DNA of 64,000 nucleotides from an uncultured bacterium (GCA_963717085.1 CAVQVM010000013.1:71442-135441); one strand, 5' to 3'; positions 20,141 through 31,032 are shown, numbered from the stretch's first letter. The notes: generated from the sequence alone by a model not told the origin. Made by a program: numbers and translations.

Positions 20141-20965
20141 ATGCCTTTCGTCACCGCGCAGGACGGCACGGAGATCTTCTACAAGGACTGGGGCAGCGGT
20201 CAGCCGATCGTGTTCCACCACGGATGGCCGCTCAGTTCCGACGACTGGGATGCCCAGATGATGTTCTTCGTGCTGCGCGGCTACCGCGTCGTCGCCCATG
20301 ACCGTCGTGGTCACGGCCGCTCGACCCAGACGTCGGACGGCCACGACATGGACACCTACGCTGCTGACGCTGCGGCCGTCGTAGCTCACCTCGACCTGCA
20401 CGACGCGGTCCATGTTGGCCACTCGACTGGAGGCGGTGAGGTTGCCCGGTACGTCGCCCAGCACGGACAGGGCCGTGTGGCGAAGGCGGTGCTGGTCAGC
20501 GCGGTGCCGCCGCTGATGCTGAAGACCGAGGCCAACCCCGGTGGCGTGCCCATCGAGGTTTTCGACGGCTTCCGTGAAGGCACTGCCTTCAACCGGGCCC
20601 AGTCCTTTCTCGACATCGCGGCCGGACCGTTCTACGGGTTCAACCGCCCGGGGGCGACGGTCTTGGAGGGCGTCATCCGGAACTGGTGGCGGCAAGGCAT
20701 GATGGGCGGCGTCAAAGCCCACTACGAGGGCATCAAGGCGTTCTCGGAAACCGACCAGACCGAGGACCTCAAGGCCATCGAGGTCCCCACGTTGGTGATG
20801 CACGGCGACGATGACCAGGTTGTGCCCATCGCGGTCGGGGCCGAGCGGTCGATCAAGCTGCTGAAGAACGGCACGCTGAAGGTGTATCCGGGCTATCCGC
20901 ACGGCATGTGCACCACTCACGCCGACGTCATCAACCCCGACCTGCTTGCCTTCATTCAGGCGTGA
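20141..20965 (+). CDS. Non-heme chloroperoxidase-type alpha/beta hydrolase
   Basis: [42 protein letters not shown]. Confidence 0.93.
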   Translation: MPFVTAQDGTEIFYKDWGSGQPIVFHHGWPLSSDDWDAQMMFFVLRGYRVVAHDRRGHGRSTQTSDGHDMDTYAADAAAVVAHLDLHDAVHVGHSTGGGEVARYVAQHGQGRVAKAVLVSAVPPLMLKTEANPGGVPIEVFDGFREGTAFNRAQSFLDIAAGPFYGFNRPGATVLEGVIRNWWRQGMMGGVKAHYEGIKAFSETDQTEDLKAIEVPTLVMHGDDDQVVPIAVGAERSIKLLKNGTLKVYPGYPHGMCTTHADVINPDLLAFIQA

Positions 20966-21375
20966 CCGTCGTACGTCGAGCAGCACCTGCACCCGGAATC
21001 GCTTCGTCGGCCCGCCGATCGATGCCTCCACGGACCGCCGCATAACCTCACGGCCGTCGCAGCACAATCCGACACGAACGAGTGTCATGCGGTCCGTGGC
21101 ACGCCGAGGCACGTGGTAGACGTCCGTGCCCTGGCAGGCTCAGAGCCCCAGGTCGGAAGGCCCTAGGCCGGTGCGCGCCGAGCTACTCGCCGATGAGGCG
21201 CAGGTTGTAGGCCGCCTTGACGTCGGGGATCCAGTCGCCGAAGTAGCGGATGCTGTGCGGCTCCCCAAGGCGATTCAGTTCGTCGAGGCCCCCCGCCGCG
21301 AACCTGGCCACCCGGGGTTCCGGCGGTTCCTTTCGTCCAAGACTGCAGGGCATGGTTCCTGCGACGCTCCGGGGC

Positions 21376-21792
21376 ATGGAGCTCGTGACCGAACCCCGTG
21401 GCGCCATCGACCTCACTGCCACCCCCGTTCATCTAGCCCTCGGGTCCCGGGCACTGGCCGTCGAAGGCTTCGAGTGGGACGGCCGCGTGCTGGAGGCCTA
21501 CGCCGCCGCGGTCTCCGAAGACGGCGCCGAGGGCCGGCTAGTGATGGTCTTCGAGGGCAGCCGGTCATGGGACATTTGGGAACGGCACCCCGCCGGTGAC
21601 GAGGTCGTGATCTGCCTATCCGGCCGGATGACGGTCATCCAGGAGGTCGAGGGCGGGCACGAGCCCATCGGGCTGGGACCGTGCGAAGCGATGATCAACC
21701 CCTCCGGCGTTTGGCATACCGCGGACGTCCACGAGCCGGCCCGGTTCATGACGATCACGCCTGGCCAGGGAACCGAGCACCGGCCACGCTGA
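21376..21792 (+). CDS. Cupin domain protein
   Basis: WERHPAGDEVVICLSG, INPSGVWHT. Confidence 0.85.
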   Translation: MELVTEPRGAIDLTATPVHLALGSRALAVEGFEWDGRVLEAYAAAVSEDGAEGRLVMVFEGSRSWDIWERHPAGDEVVICLSGRMTVIQEVEGGHEPIGLGPCEAMINPSGVWHTADVHEPARFMTITPGQGTEHRPR

Positions 21793-21933
21793 CAGGCCGG
21801 GCGACGGCCGGACGTCGCCACTGCCCGTGAGACGCACGCCCTGAGCCAGCGATCCGCAGCAGTCGTCAGCCGTTCAAGTGGGCCTTGACGGCGTGTCCTG
21901 CTCGATCCACGGGATGTGCGTTCGGTTCGGCCA

Positions 21934-22115
21934 TCATGAACTCGTCCCGTCGACATTCCGGGCTTCGATCGCTTTGATGGTGTTTCCGAGCGCCTTTCCC
22001 AGCAAGCGCTTGCCGCCGATCGCGAGCCCCAACCCGAGCACACGTCCCTCGAGGTTCTTACCCTCGCGTACCACGACGACATCCACGTCGGTAATCCCGT
22101 TGGGCTGCCCGGGGT
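21934..22115 (-). pseudogene. C-terminal fragment of a hypothetical (SRPBCC-like) protein
   Basis: TDVDVVVVREGKNLEGRVLG...IKAIEARN looks coding, but no plausible N-terminus. Confidence 0.4.
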
Positions 22116-22348
22116 GATAGCGCCGGATCGGCGCCTCTGTCGGCGGGTGGAATCGCGCACAGAGGTCGCCCGGTTGATCGGGCAGAACGTCGGCAAGCAC
22201 CCGGTCTGCTGTGGATACGGACCGTCGCTCGGCGCGCGGTCAAGCCAGCTATCCGGGACCGCGTGGCAACATTGAGGGCGGGGACATTCCGTGCGTGGCG
22301 ACCGACCGCGACTCGGGGAAGCTAGCGACGGTGGGGAGGTCGCGACGG

Positions 22349-22708
22349 TTAGCCCGCCGGGTCGATCTGCTCCACTAGTTCGTATACGTGGCCGTCAGGG
22401 GCCCGGAAATGGGCGTACCGGTACCTGGCGTTGACAGACACATCGTCGTCAGTGGGAACACCGGCGGTCCGCAGCTCGGTGGCGGCCTGGTCCACGTCGT
22501 CGACGAGGAAACCGACGATCCGACCGTCTCCACCCGCCCCGTCGGACGGGCCGACGGCGAAGGTCGACCCGTCGGGGAGGGCGAAGAAGTCATGCCCGGA
22601 GCCCTCGACTGGCACCGACCGGAGCCCGAGTACATCGCGAACCAGGGCGGCCATGCGTTCCCGAGCGTCGGTGGACGTGCCCACGAAGGTGAGCCCTCTG
22701 ACCCTCAT
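22349..22708 (-). CDS. VOC family protein
   Basis: RDVLGL, GFLVDDVDQA, HFRAPDGHVYELVE. Confidence 0.88.
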   Translation of the reverse strand: MRVRGLTFVGTSTDARERMAALVRDVLGLRSVPVEGSGHDFFALPDGSTFAVGPSDGAGGDGRIVGFLVDDVDQAATELRTAGVPTDDDVSVNARYRYAHFRAPDGHVYELVEQIDPAG

Positions 22709-22831
22709 CGTGTCGCTCCTCCCGCCCTTGCCGCGTGGGCGCAACCGTAGCTGGCTGTTTCGGCGAGACCGCGCTGACGGTCGGGTGCATCGGGCGGTGC
22801 CGACCCCGCCGAGAACCCGTGGGAGTTGGCC

Positions 22832-23455
22832 CTACCGTTCGCTAACTTCGGCGAGTACGACCGCGTTCTCCTGGCCGTCCCAACTCGCTGTGAGCCCGAT
22901 GGCGGGACGAGGTCCGGGGCGAGGGTGCCGGAACACGGTCATCTCGAAGCGGTCGTTGTGAAGCACAGCACCACTGGCGTCGTCGGATCCGAGCTCGAAG
23001 CCGTCGACGGGCACTCGCTCGAGGGTCCAACCGCCGCCCCGGATGCGGACGTTGGTCGGCGCGATGTACCAGCGGCCCTCGTACACGACCATGCCGAGTG
23101 CCTCGCCCTGACCGGTCATGGCCACTGCCGCAAGCATCATGACGAGGTGCGGGTCTCGCAGCCCGTCGTACACCCAGCGGGTGCCGAGCACGGAGTGCTG
23201 CATCTCGGTGATGAAGGCGTCTTCGCCGCCGTCGAGGGGCTCGTCCCGGTAGGTGAGTGGGACCTGCAAGAGCATTTGTCCGGCGGCGACGAGGTGGGTC
23301 TCCATGCCGACGCGACCGTCAGGATCGTCGAAGCGATAGGACCCGATGACTTCCATGGCGACGCCCCCGGGGGGACCCCACGGTCGGGTCGGGGCCCACT
23401 GGGCGATGAGCTGGTCCTTCGTCGGGTTGATCGTCGCGCGGTGGAAGATCGCCAC
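22832..23455 (-). CDS. Maltokinase N-terminal cap-like domain protein
   Basis: ATINPTK, YRFDDPDGRVGME, QVPLTYR, HSVLGTRWVYDG. Confidence 0.8.
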   Translation of the reverse strand: MAIFHRATINPTKDQLIAQWAPTRPWGPPGGVAMEVIGSYRFDDPDGRVGMETHLVAAGQMLLQVPLTYRDEPLDGGEDAFITEMQHSVLGTRWVYDGLRDPHLVMMLAAVAMTGQGEALGMVVYEGRWYIAPTNVRIRGGGWTLERVPVDGFELGSDDASGAVLHNDRFEMTVFRHPRPGPRPAIGLTASWDGQENAVVLAEVSER

Positions 23456-23639
23456 GGCCAGCACCATAGAACGAGGTGCGCCCCGACGAGCCGCCCGACG
23501 TCCCAACGATGCCGGATCTGCGCTGACACGCAAACCAGGTGGCCGCCTATGCCGCCGAGGCTCTCCGGGCAGGCGCCGACCGGCGTTCGCCCCAGACCGC
23601 CGGCTCGGTGATGTGCGGAACGAGCGCCAGACTGCAGGG

Positions 23640-24359
23640 ATGATCGTGGAACGCGACGTGGACTGCGGGATCGTCTACCAGCGGCTACGTCGACGCCTGA
23701 TGGCAACGGTTCGCTCGTTGGACAGTGATGTGCTCGCTCTCACCGTGCCGGCGACGCCGGCCTGGTCGGTGCGTGACGCGGTGGCACACGTGATCGGGAT
23801 CGCTCACGATCTCAACGCCCAGCGCTTCGACGTGACCGACCCCGACGAATGGACGGCCCGTCAGGTTCGGGAACGGCGTGATGCCACCATCGACGACCTC
23901 GAGGTCGAGTGGGACCGCGAGGCCCCGCGCTTTGAGGAAGGCCTGCGGTTGATGGGCTACGAGGTCGGCAGCCACTTCGTGGGCGACTTGCTGCACCACG
24001 CGGCCGACATCCACCACGCGGTCGGCCTCGGGCCAATCGACGACGACGACGAGGCTCTGGCCGTGGGCCTCGACTTCTACCTCGACACATGCCACAAGGA
24101 CCTCGTGGCCCATGATCGGGGTTCTCTCGGCGTACAGGCGAACGACCCGCCCCAGGACCGATGGACGCTCGGCGCAGGCCGCGAGGTCGCGACGCTCGAA
24201 GCGACCCGCTACGAGCTCTTCCGCGCCCTCGGCGGCCGACGTAGCCAACGCCAGCTCCGCTCCATGACGTGGACCGGTGACGTCGACGAGGTCGTCGGAG
24301 TGCTCACCAGCTACGCACCACCGATCCACGACCTCATCGAGACGTCATCGACCTCCTGA
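23640..24359 (+). CDS. Maleylpyruvate isomerase-family mycothiol-dependent (DinB-fold) protein
   Basis: VPATPAWSVRDAVAHV, DLLHHAADI, LFRALGGRRS. Confidence 0.85.
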   Translation: MIVERDVDCGIVYQRLRRRLMATVRSLDSDVLALTVPATPAWSVRDAVAHVIGIAHDLNAQRFDVTDPDEWTARQVRERRDATIDDLEVEWDREAPRFEEGLRLMGYEVGSHFVGDLLHHAADIHHAVGLGPIDDDDEALAVGLDFYLDTCHKDLVAHDRGSLGVQANDPPQDRWTLGAGREVATLEATRYELFRALGGRRSQRQLRSMTWTGDVDEVVGVLTSYAPPIHDLIETSSTS

Positions 24360-24408
24360 ACCGCGTGCTGTCCCCAAACGCCGGGTCTGGGCGACGACCG
24401 CACTAACG

Positions 24409-24480
24409 CCGAATGCCCGAACACCCTCACCTGTCGGATCGTCAGCACAGAACGACGGGACGCGAGATCAGGCAGATATG
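24409..24480 (+). repeat. Intergenic palindromic repeat copy
   Basis: ccgaatgcccgaac...cacctgtcggatcgtcagcacagaacgacgggacgcgagatcaggcagatatg. Confidence 0.88.
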
Positions 24481-24823
24481 GGCGGCCCTCCACAAAAATC
24501 GCGCCCGCGATTCGAGCGGCACGATCGGCGCCGGGGCGCAGCGCGTAGGCGCTGCGAGCCTGACGCGCCCGATCCTCGGTTCAAGAGGTGCGCTTCCCGG
24601 GATCCGGTCGAGGGACTGCAAGTACCGGCACCCCTTTGCCCTGCGGACGACAAAGGGTTGAAGCCACGCACGCCGTCACAGCAAATCGGAGACTCCGGTC
24701 GACAGCCATTGACATGCCAACATGGGTGGTGCAGCCTGGCACTGAAGGCGGACATCGTCTTCGGCGGGCCGGCGGATGAGGCGGATCGGTGGTTCGCGTC
24801 CAAACACTATGAGGAGGCGGGCC

Positions 24824-25090
24824 TTGAAGCGTTTCGTTATCGTCCTTTCGATATCGCTTTTGGCAGCTCTTGGATTGAACACCGGCATTGCGAGTGCTGG
24901 CCAGCCGGCGAACCAGGCATGCGTCGGTGAGAGCCTGTCGGCGCTGGCGTCCAACCAGGAGGACCCGGGTCAATTTGGGCAGGCCACTCGTGGCTTTGCT
25001 CAGCTCCCAGGTCCCCATGGCGGAAACATCCAAGCCTTCCAGGCGGGTGTGGTCGGCGATGACATAGTGCCGAACACCTGCAACGACTAA
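24824..25090 (+). CDS. Small secreted protein with two Cys (88 aa)
   Basis: GAGGAGG RBS, TTG start, signal peptide MKRFVIVLSISLLAALGLNTGIASA; followed by a terminator. Confidence 0.75.
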   Translation: MKRFVIVLSISLLAALGLNTGIASAGQPANQACVGESLSALASNQEDPGQFGQATRGFAQLPGPHGGNIQAFQAGVVGDDIVPNTCND

Positions 25091-25111
25091 CTCGTTTGCA
25101 CTGAAGCGGCG

Positions 25112-25146
25112 AGCGGCACCCTTGGCGTTCTTCGGGGTGCCGCTTT
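25112..25146 (+). terminator. Probable intrinsic terminator
   Basis: agcggcaccc...gggtgccgct stem ending in a short T run, 21 bp after the stop. Confidence 0.6.
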
Positions 25147-25167
25147 GCCTATTCCGCACTCGCCGCC

Positions 25168-25243
25168 CGTAATGCCCGAACCGCGCACGCCTCGCCCGCC
25201 AGCCGTCAGCACAGAACGCCGAGGCGCGAGACCGGCAGTTCGG
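25168..25243 (+). repeat. Intergenic palindromic repeat copy
   Basis: aatgcccgaaccgcg...tcgcccgccagccgtcagcacagaacgccgaggcgcgagaccggcagttcgg. Confidence 0.88.
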
Positions 25244-25324
25244 CGCTAGCTGTTGATCTCGCCCGCCTCACGAGCGCGGCGCCGATCCTCATCGAAATCG
25301 GCCTGCCAAGCTCCGCGCTCGCCT

Positions 25325-25757
25325 TCATCGAGATCGGTGAGGAGGCAGCGCACGGTCGTCCGGGGAGTCTCGCAATAGGCGGGATGGTTCTCGTCCGGAC
25401 AAAGGGCGGGCGATCGCCTTCTGGGCGTGTTGCGCCTGTTCGTCCGTAGCCTCGATCACGACCTGGATCGACCAGACCTGACGCAGCCGGCGCCCTGCCA
25501 GCAGCGCCGCCGCGTGCTCCAGGTAGCCGTCCCGTACGGCGCGGACTGCTTGGTAGCCGCCGAGCAGCACCGGATGCAGCGGCTCGGGGAACGCTGTCGA
25601 CGGTGATCGCCAAGTCCAGGGCGTAGTGGCCACGGGCGGCGGCGTCGAAGTCCAGCGGGCGCGGGCCTGGCCGTGGGGTCACGGACGTTGCCCAGGTGCA
25701 GGTTGGTATGGACCAGCCGCGCCTCGTTAGCGTCGCTCGGTGTACGACTGATCTCGT
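25325..25757 (-). pseudogene. Phosphotransferase (APH/kinase-like) C-terminal fragment
   Basis: LVHTNLHLGNV, LDFD, GHYALDLA, LLGGYQAVR across three frames; the sequence just upstream is the M1 gene end, so the 5' part is absent. Confidence 0.6.
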
Positions 25758-27161
25758 CTACCAGGCGGTGGGCTTGTCGGGTTGGTACAGCCAGACGTCG
25801 AAGAAGTGCTTCAGGTCTATCCCGCTGCGCTGCTCGGCGAGATCGATGAACTGGGCTGTCGTCACGTTGCCGTAGCGATTCAGCGTGGCCCAGTCGCGCA
25901 GCACCGTGAAGAACGTGTCGTCCCCGATCTTCTCCCGTAACGCCTCGAGGGTCATCGCCCCGCGGTAGTAGATCGTGCCGTTGAACATGAAGACGGGTGT
26001 ACCAGGGTCGCCTGGCGGAGGCGTCCAGAAGGCGGTGTCCTGCGCCGGGGTGTTGTACAGCTGCTTGAACCACTGCGCCGCCGACTTGTTGCCCTGGTAC
26101 TCGCTCCAGATCCATTCGGACCAGGTGGCGAAGCCTTCGTGCAGCCATATGTCGGGCCACGTCGTGAGGGTCACCGAATCGCCGTACCACATGTGGGAGA
26201 TCTCGTGAACCAGCGTCGCCTCATCCGGCATCCGGTCGAACACCGGCTTTGTCTGCGTCTCGAGTGAGTAGCCGACGTCCTTGGCGCTGTCGACGACCGC
26301 ACCCACGGCGTTGAACGGATACGGCCCGTAGATCGATGTGAAGAAGTCGACCGCCTCCGGAAGCATGCCCAGCACCTGGCCCTTTGGAAGCTGTGGATCC
26401 ACGGCGACGTACGTTGGAATTCCCGCCGAGGTGGTTGAGATGGTCAGGTCGAACCGGCCGAGTGTCGCCGTTGCGAGATACGGGGCCATCGGATCGGTCT
26501 CGTTCCAGACCCAGGTCGTTCTACCGGCGGCCGTCTGGTTGGAAACGAGGACTCCATTCGCCATCGCCGTGACCCCGGCCGGCACGGTGATGCTGAAGTC
26601 GAACGTTGCCTTGTCGCGCGGGTTGTCGTTCACCGGGTACCACGCCGGTGACCCCTGCGGCTCGCCGACCACGAAGGCGCCATCATCAGTGGGGACCCAG
26701 CCCTCGATCGATTGATCGGGGTCGGTGACCACGGCGGGCGTGCCGGCGTAGTCGATCACAACTGTGAACACCGTGCCCGCTCTCAGGCCGGCCCGAGGCG
26801 TGATCACGAGCTCGTGCTCACCACTGCGGGCGAAGGCAGCGTCGTGGCCGCTGACGAGCAAGCGCGAGATCGAGAAGCCCCGCAGATCGAGGTTGAAGCT
26901 GGAGAGGTTCTGCATGGCGCTCGCCGTGATCACGGCGGTGCCCGTCAGCTGGTTCGTGGATGGCTCGTAGGACAACGTCAACGCGTAGTGCGTCACGTCG
27001 TAGCCGCCGTTGCCGGCGTTCGGGAAGAACGGATCGCCCAGGCCGGCGGACCCCGGAACGAAGTTCTCCGCGGCCGCCGGTGGAACCGTGGCAAGGCCGG
27101 TGGTGGCCATGCAGATCGCGCCGACACTGAGCAGGCGGCGCGCCACACGCGTGAGCTTCAT
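25758..27161 (-). CDS. Secreted M1 family metallo-aminopeptidase
   Basis: Signal peptide, GDPFFPNAGNGGYDVTHY, HEISH...WLHEGFAT zinc motif, YYRGA. Confidence 0.93.
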   Translation of the reverse strand: MKLTRVARRLLSVGAICMATTGLATVPPAAAENFVPGSAGLGDPFFPNAGNGGYDVTHYALTLSYEPSTNQLTGTAVITASAMQNLSSFNLDLRGFSISRLLVSGHDAAFARSGEHELVITPRAGLRAGTVFTVVIDYAGTPAVVTDPDQSIEGWVPTDDGAFVVGEPQGSPAWYPVNDNPRDKATFDFSITVPAGVTAMANGVLVSNQTAAGRTTWVWNETDPMAPYLATATLGRFDLTISTTSAGIPTYVAVDPQLPKGQVLGMLPEAVDFFTSIYGPYPFNAVGAVVDSAKDVGYSLETQTKPVFDRMPDEATLVHEISHMWYGDSVTLTTWPDIWLHEGFATWSEWIWSEYQGNKSAAQWFKQLYNTPAQDTAFWTPPPGDPGTPVFMFNGTIYYRGAMTLEALREKIGDDTFFTVLRDWATLNRYGNVTTAQFIDLAEQRSGIDLKHFFDVWLYQPDKPTAW

Positions 27162-27454
27162 GGCACCCCTCCATGGGTTGCGGCTGGCCGCGACGCTAGC
27201 GGCCGGCACAATGGCGCGGCTAGGGCCGACGTAGAGTCGCCTCTCTTGACGCTGCGGTCTCAGAAGGTTGTGTGGGCCCAGGTCTTCGGCGACAGGGTGT
27301 AGGTCCCCAGGCGGTGGAGCTGACGGCGACGGACGTCAGAGCAGCACACAACATCGCGCTGCTGCGCTCGGGGTTCGTGCCGGCTTGGGCCAACGACCTC
27401 AAGGTCGGCGGCCGCATACTGGGCGTCGTGTCAGTACGGTCGGATGTCGGGTGG

Positions 27455-27730
27455 TGGGTGTTGCATGTCGACCTGGATGAGTTCCTCGCCGCAGTCGAGA
27501 TCGCCCGGCGCCTTGAGTTGCCGGGCAAAGCCCGTGGTCGTGGGCGGCAAGGGCGACCCGACCGAGCGGGCGGTGGTGGCCACGGCGTCGTACACGGCCC
27601 GCGAGTTCGGGATCCGTTCGGGCATGCCGCTCCGGACCGCGGCCCGGCGGTGCCCGGAGGCGGTGTTCTTGCCATCGGACCCACCCACCTATGAGGCAGT
27701 CTCTGAGCAGGTCATGGCCACGCTGCTCGA
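27455..27730 (+). pseudogene. dinB: DNA polymerase IV N-terminal fragment
   Basis: WVLHVDLDEFLAAVE, frameshift, PVVVGG...VVATASYTAREFGIRSGMP...CPEAVFLP...YEAVS; truncated before the catalytic DE motif. Confidence 0.8.
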
Positions 27731-27763
27731 CCGGGCGAAGGGCCGAGACCCACCTCCGCGCAA

Positions 27764-27792
27764 GGGAAGGGCCGTGCGAGACGGCCCTTCCC
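27764..27792 (-). terminator. Hairpin downstream of the M4 peptidase
   Basis: GGGAAGGGCCGT-gcgag-ACGGCCCTTCCC perfect 12-bp stem. Confidence 0.6.
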
Positions 27793-27809
27793 GCCGGTAG
27801 TGCCGCCGC

Positions 27810-29417
27810 TCAGCAGGCGGTCGGCACGCCGACCGCGTCCCAGGCCGCGGTCGTCGAGGCGCGCTGCTGCGACGCGGCGCCGAAGATCGCCGCGGCGCTT
27901 GCCTCGGTCGCTTGCCGCGCCTGGCAGAAGGTCGCCCGCTCCGGCAGCGACGTGATGCCCGCGAACATGATCTGCTCGGCCGCCGCCAGGCCGATGCCCG
28001 TCACCACCGGCTCCCCGGGCCCGCAGTGCGCGGCATTGTGGGTCGTGGGCGCCGCGCAGCTCGCGTTCATGCCACCGTTCACCAGCAGGTAGTAGGCGTG
28101 GTTGGAGATGGCGCTGTTGGAATGCACGAAGCCCCGATCGGCGCTCCCGAGCAGCCGCTCGCTGTAGTCGTCCGGATCGCTGTCCTCCTCTGGGTCCGCC
28201 ATGTTCCGGAATCCGGGCACGGCGTCGGCCGGCAGGAAGACATCCTCGCCGATCGTCCAGTCGGCACAGGATGCCTGCCCGGCCGCCAAGATGCAGTTGG
28301 AGCTCAGCGGCTCCGCCGCGAAGAACTCGGCGCTGTTTCCGAGCATGTCCGAGAAGGACTCGTTGAGGGCACCCGACTCGTCGCGATAGACGAGGTCGGA
28401 GGTGCATTGGGTCACCGCGTGGGTGTTCTCGTGCGCGACCACGTCCAGGCCGCCTGACAGCTCGCGGAAGATGACGCCGCTGCCGTCGCCGTAGACGGTC
28501 ACCTTGCCGTTCCAGAAGGCGTTGTCGAAGCCCTTGCCGTAGTGCGCGACCAAGTCCATCCCGCCGGGGAAGCAGTCGGTGAAGTCGAAGCCTTGGCGGG
28601 CGAGGTAGTAGTCGTCGGTCACGTTCCCGTAGTAGTGGGCGTCGACGAGCGCCGGCTGGCCGGGCGAGCCCCGATCGGGCGTCACCAGCGTCCAGTGGTT
28701 GTCGGCGTCGGTCGCGGGCGCCTTCGACGTCGAGCCCGTGTTGCGCGCGTCGGATGTGAACTGGCGACTGTCGCGGGAGGTCAGGTGCCAGATCCCGTCG
28801 GCGAGCACGGTGAGGTCGTCCGCGAGCCCTGCTTGCCCGTCGAGATCCTTGACGTCGCCCTTGACGCCCGTGCCGTGGTCGTCCTGGATGGCGTCGAGCT
28901 TCACGAGCACCTTGCCGTTGTCGGCGTCGACCCAGTGGACCCAACGCTCCGCGAACCGCTGCGTCTCGACACTGTAGAAGTAGCGCCCGCTCTCCGGGTC
29001 GATCATGACCCGGACGGTTCGCGTCCCCGACGCGCCGACGTCGCCGGCAGCCCTCTTCAGGGCCGCGCCCTTCGACAGCTTCACCGAGTTCTGGGGCGCG
29101 ATCTCCGCGTAACGCGACCCGATGACCGTCCGTATGGCACCGGACGCATTCCGGTAGACGCTGACCTGACCGCCGAGCACGTACGCGCCGGCGGCGCCGT
29201 AGACCTGCTGGTAGCGCTCGTAGGTGCCGCGGCCGAACTCGAGCTTCCGGACGAGCGTCATGTCGGCCGGAACCGTATAGCTGGACGCGGCGCTTCCACT
29301 GAGCGCCATGAACGCGGTGCCCGCCGGCGCCGCCGCGCCGCTCTGCGGAGCCGGCAGCGCCGCCATGGTCGCCGCGGCGGCAACGATGACGACGAACACT
29401 GAGAATCCCCTGCGCAC
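27810..29417 (-). CDS. Secreted M4 (thermolysin-like) metallopeptidase with FTP/PepSY propeptide
   Basis: NAFWNG, YGDG, DVVAHENTH, ESGALNESFSD, VHSNS; GTG 29417 with RBS. Confidence 0.93.
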   Translation of the reverse strand: MRRGFSVFVVIVAAAATMAALPAPQSGAAAPAGTAFMALSGSAASSYTVPADMTLVRKLEFGRGTYERYQQVYGAAGAYVLGGQVSVYRNASGAIRTVIGSRYAEIAPQNSVKLSKGAALKRAAGDVGASGTRTVRVMIDPESGRYFYSVETQRFAERWVHWVDADNGKVLVKLDAIQDDHGTGVKGDVKDLDGQAGLADDLTVLADGIWHLTSRDSRQFTSDARNTGSTSKAPATDADNHWTLVTPDRGSPGQPALVDAHYYGNVTDDYYLARQGFDFTDCFPGGMDLVAHYGKGFDNAFWNGKVTVYGDGSGVIFRELSGGLDVVAHENTHAVTQCTSDLVYRDESGALNESFSDMLGNSAEFFAAEPLSSNCILAAGQASCADWTIGEDVFLPADAVPGFRNMADPEEDSDPDDYSERLLGSADRGFVHSNSAISNHAYYLLVNGGMNASCAAPTTHNAAHCGPGEPVVTGIGLAAAEQIMFAGITSLPERATFCQARQATEASAAAIFGAASQQRASTTAAWDAVGVPTAC

Positions 29418-29599
29418 GAATCCTTCTCCCCGGGTCGGAAGCGAGGCGACGCAGAGCCTACAAACCAATGACCCGCTCAGGTGACGACATGACGCGCGGT
29501 CGTTCCGCGCATCCACCCAACGCGTGAACGCTGCCCCCCATGGCGAGCGAGTCGATGACGCCCCAGCCTCCGGTCGGGGACCGCGACCGCCCGGAAGTT

Positions 29600-29715
29600 C
29601 GCCGCCGCCGTGGCGCCGATGATCTGGCGCCGTGCGGTCTTCCCGTTGAGGATGCGACCTGCGTCGACGGCCGACACGTTGCGGGCGATGCGCAGCAGCC
29701 CGAGGTCCGCGCCTT
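29600..29715 (-). pseudogene. Internal fragment of a xanthine dehydrogenase-family molybdopterin subunit
   Basis: DLGLLRIARNVSAVDAGRILNGKTARRQIIG resembles the D(A/G)GRILNxxxAxxQIxG motif. Confidence 0.55.
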
Positions 29716-29885
29716 CGCCTTGTCCCCGCCCGCCGGCCTGGATTGGCCCCCGGCTCGGCTCCCCGGGGGGTCGCCACTGTGCCCGACTATGTGCGCGACC
29801 GGGTTCGGAGCGGCCGCGGTGACCCAGCCGACCCAGGTAGGCCGCGACTCGCACCTGTCGGTCCCGCTGCTTCCCGACTGACGGG

Positions 29886-30365
29886 TCACGCGAGCGAGAC
29901 GACCAGCAGCACCGACGCCACAGTGCCCAGCAGTGCCCGCACGTGGTTCCACGCGGTCCACTGCCGGAGGTACGTGCGCCAGTACGACGCGCCCTCGTCG
30001 CTGGCCGGGTCGACCGCATCGAGGCGGTCGTTCATCGGCACGTTCACGACCATGGTCTCGACGAACACCCCGACCACGTAGAGGGCACTCCCGATGCCCC
30101 GCAGGGTCGCGTGCGACTCGTCGGTCGTGAACGGCGCCGTCACGGCCAGCACCAGGCACAGCACCATCGTGCCGCCGAACACGATCCCGAACAGCGGGTT
30201 GAGGATGGTCGAGTTGATCGCCTGCATGGCCGAAATGCCCTCGGCCGCCGGCCGCTGTCGCAGTGCGGGTATCACGCTCGTCGAGAAGGCGAACAACAGC
30301 CCGGCCACTAGGGCACAGCCGACGGCGGCCGCCACGGTGCCGGTGGTGATCAGGTCCTCGGTCAT
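29886..30365 (-). CDS. DUF1772 / anthrone oxygenase family membrane protein
   Basis: GLLFAFSTSVIPAL, MQAIN, NVPMNDRL, WTAWNHVR. Confidence 0.9.
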   Translation of the reverse strand: MTEDLITTGTVAAAVGCALVAGLLFAFSTSVIPALRQRPAAEGISAMQAINSTILNPLFGIVFGGTMVLCLVLAVTAPFTTDESHATLRGIGSALYVVGVFVETMVVNVPMNDRLDAVDPASDEGASYWRTYLRQWTAWNHVRALLGTVASVLLVVSLA

Positions 30366-30438
30366 CGGATGCTCCTCCGTCGCGGGATGGGTCGGCGGGT
30401 GGGGATGAGGGGGCCCGGCGGGTGATGGCGGGCGGCGC

Positions 30439-31032
30439 TCATGATGGTCCGCCGACGCTCGCTCCTGCCTTCCGGTCGGCTGTGCTGCGTCCGTGCAGGA
30501 ACAGGGCACGGGCGAGGGCAGCGACCGCCGCGGTGGAGAGCAGGGTGCGCACGATGTTGGCGGCCACCCACGGTCCTTCGAACTGGTTGCGGACATGGGC
30601 GAGGTCGGCGATGCGGTCGGGGTCCCCGGCCCGGTCGAGCTCGTCGTTGAGAGGGATGTTGATGCCGAAGGTCACGGCGACGACGATCCCGTAGAGCACG
30701 AGCGCAGCGACGGTCCAGCGCACGGCGACCCCGGAGCCGTGACGTCGCTGCAGCACGGCAGCGAGCGCGGTCAGCACCAGCGCCCCGGTGAAACTGAGCT
30801 GGAACACCGGATTCTCGTTGAACCGCTGCATGGTCGCCACGAAGGTTCGGTCGTCGGCGCCGGCCAGGTTGGGCATGACCGCAACCGAGAACGTGTAGAT
30901 CAGCCCGGCGACGAGGGCCATCGCCACCAGCGCGGCGCCGAGCACAAGCCCGGTCCACCCGTCACCGTCGAGGCGGTGACGGGCCGACCGGACCGGCTCG
31001 GCCACCGGGGAGCGGACGTCGTGATCAGTCAT
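30439..31032 (-). CDS. DUF1772 / anthrone oxygenase family membrane protein
   Basis: GLIYTFSVAVMP, MQRFN, NIPLNDEL, WVAANIVR. Confidence 0.9.
   Translation of the reverse strand: MTDHDVRSPVAEPVRSARHRLDGDGWTGLVLGAALVAMALVAGLIYTFSVAVMPNLAGADDRTFVATMQRFNENPVFQLSFTGALVLTALAAVLQRRHGSGVAVRWTVAALVLYGIVVAVTFGINIPLNDELDRAGDPDRIADLAHVRNQFEGPWVAANIVRTLLSTAAVAALARALFLHGRSTADRKAGASVGGPS

Noticed and set aside
21183-21310. Coding-like fragment ending FGDWIPDVKAAYNLRLIGE
   Set aside because: Probably another C-terminal relic, but I cannot assign a family.
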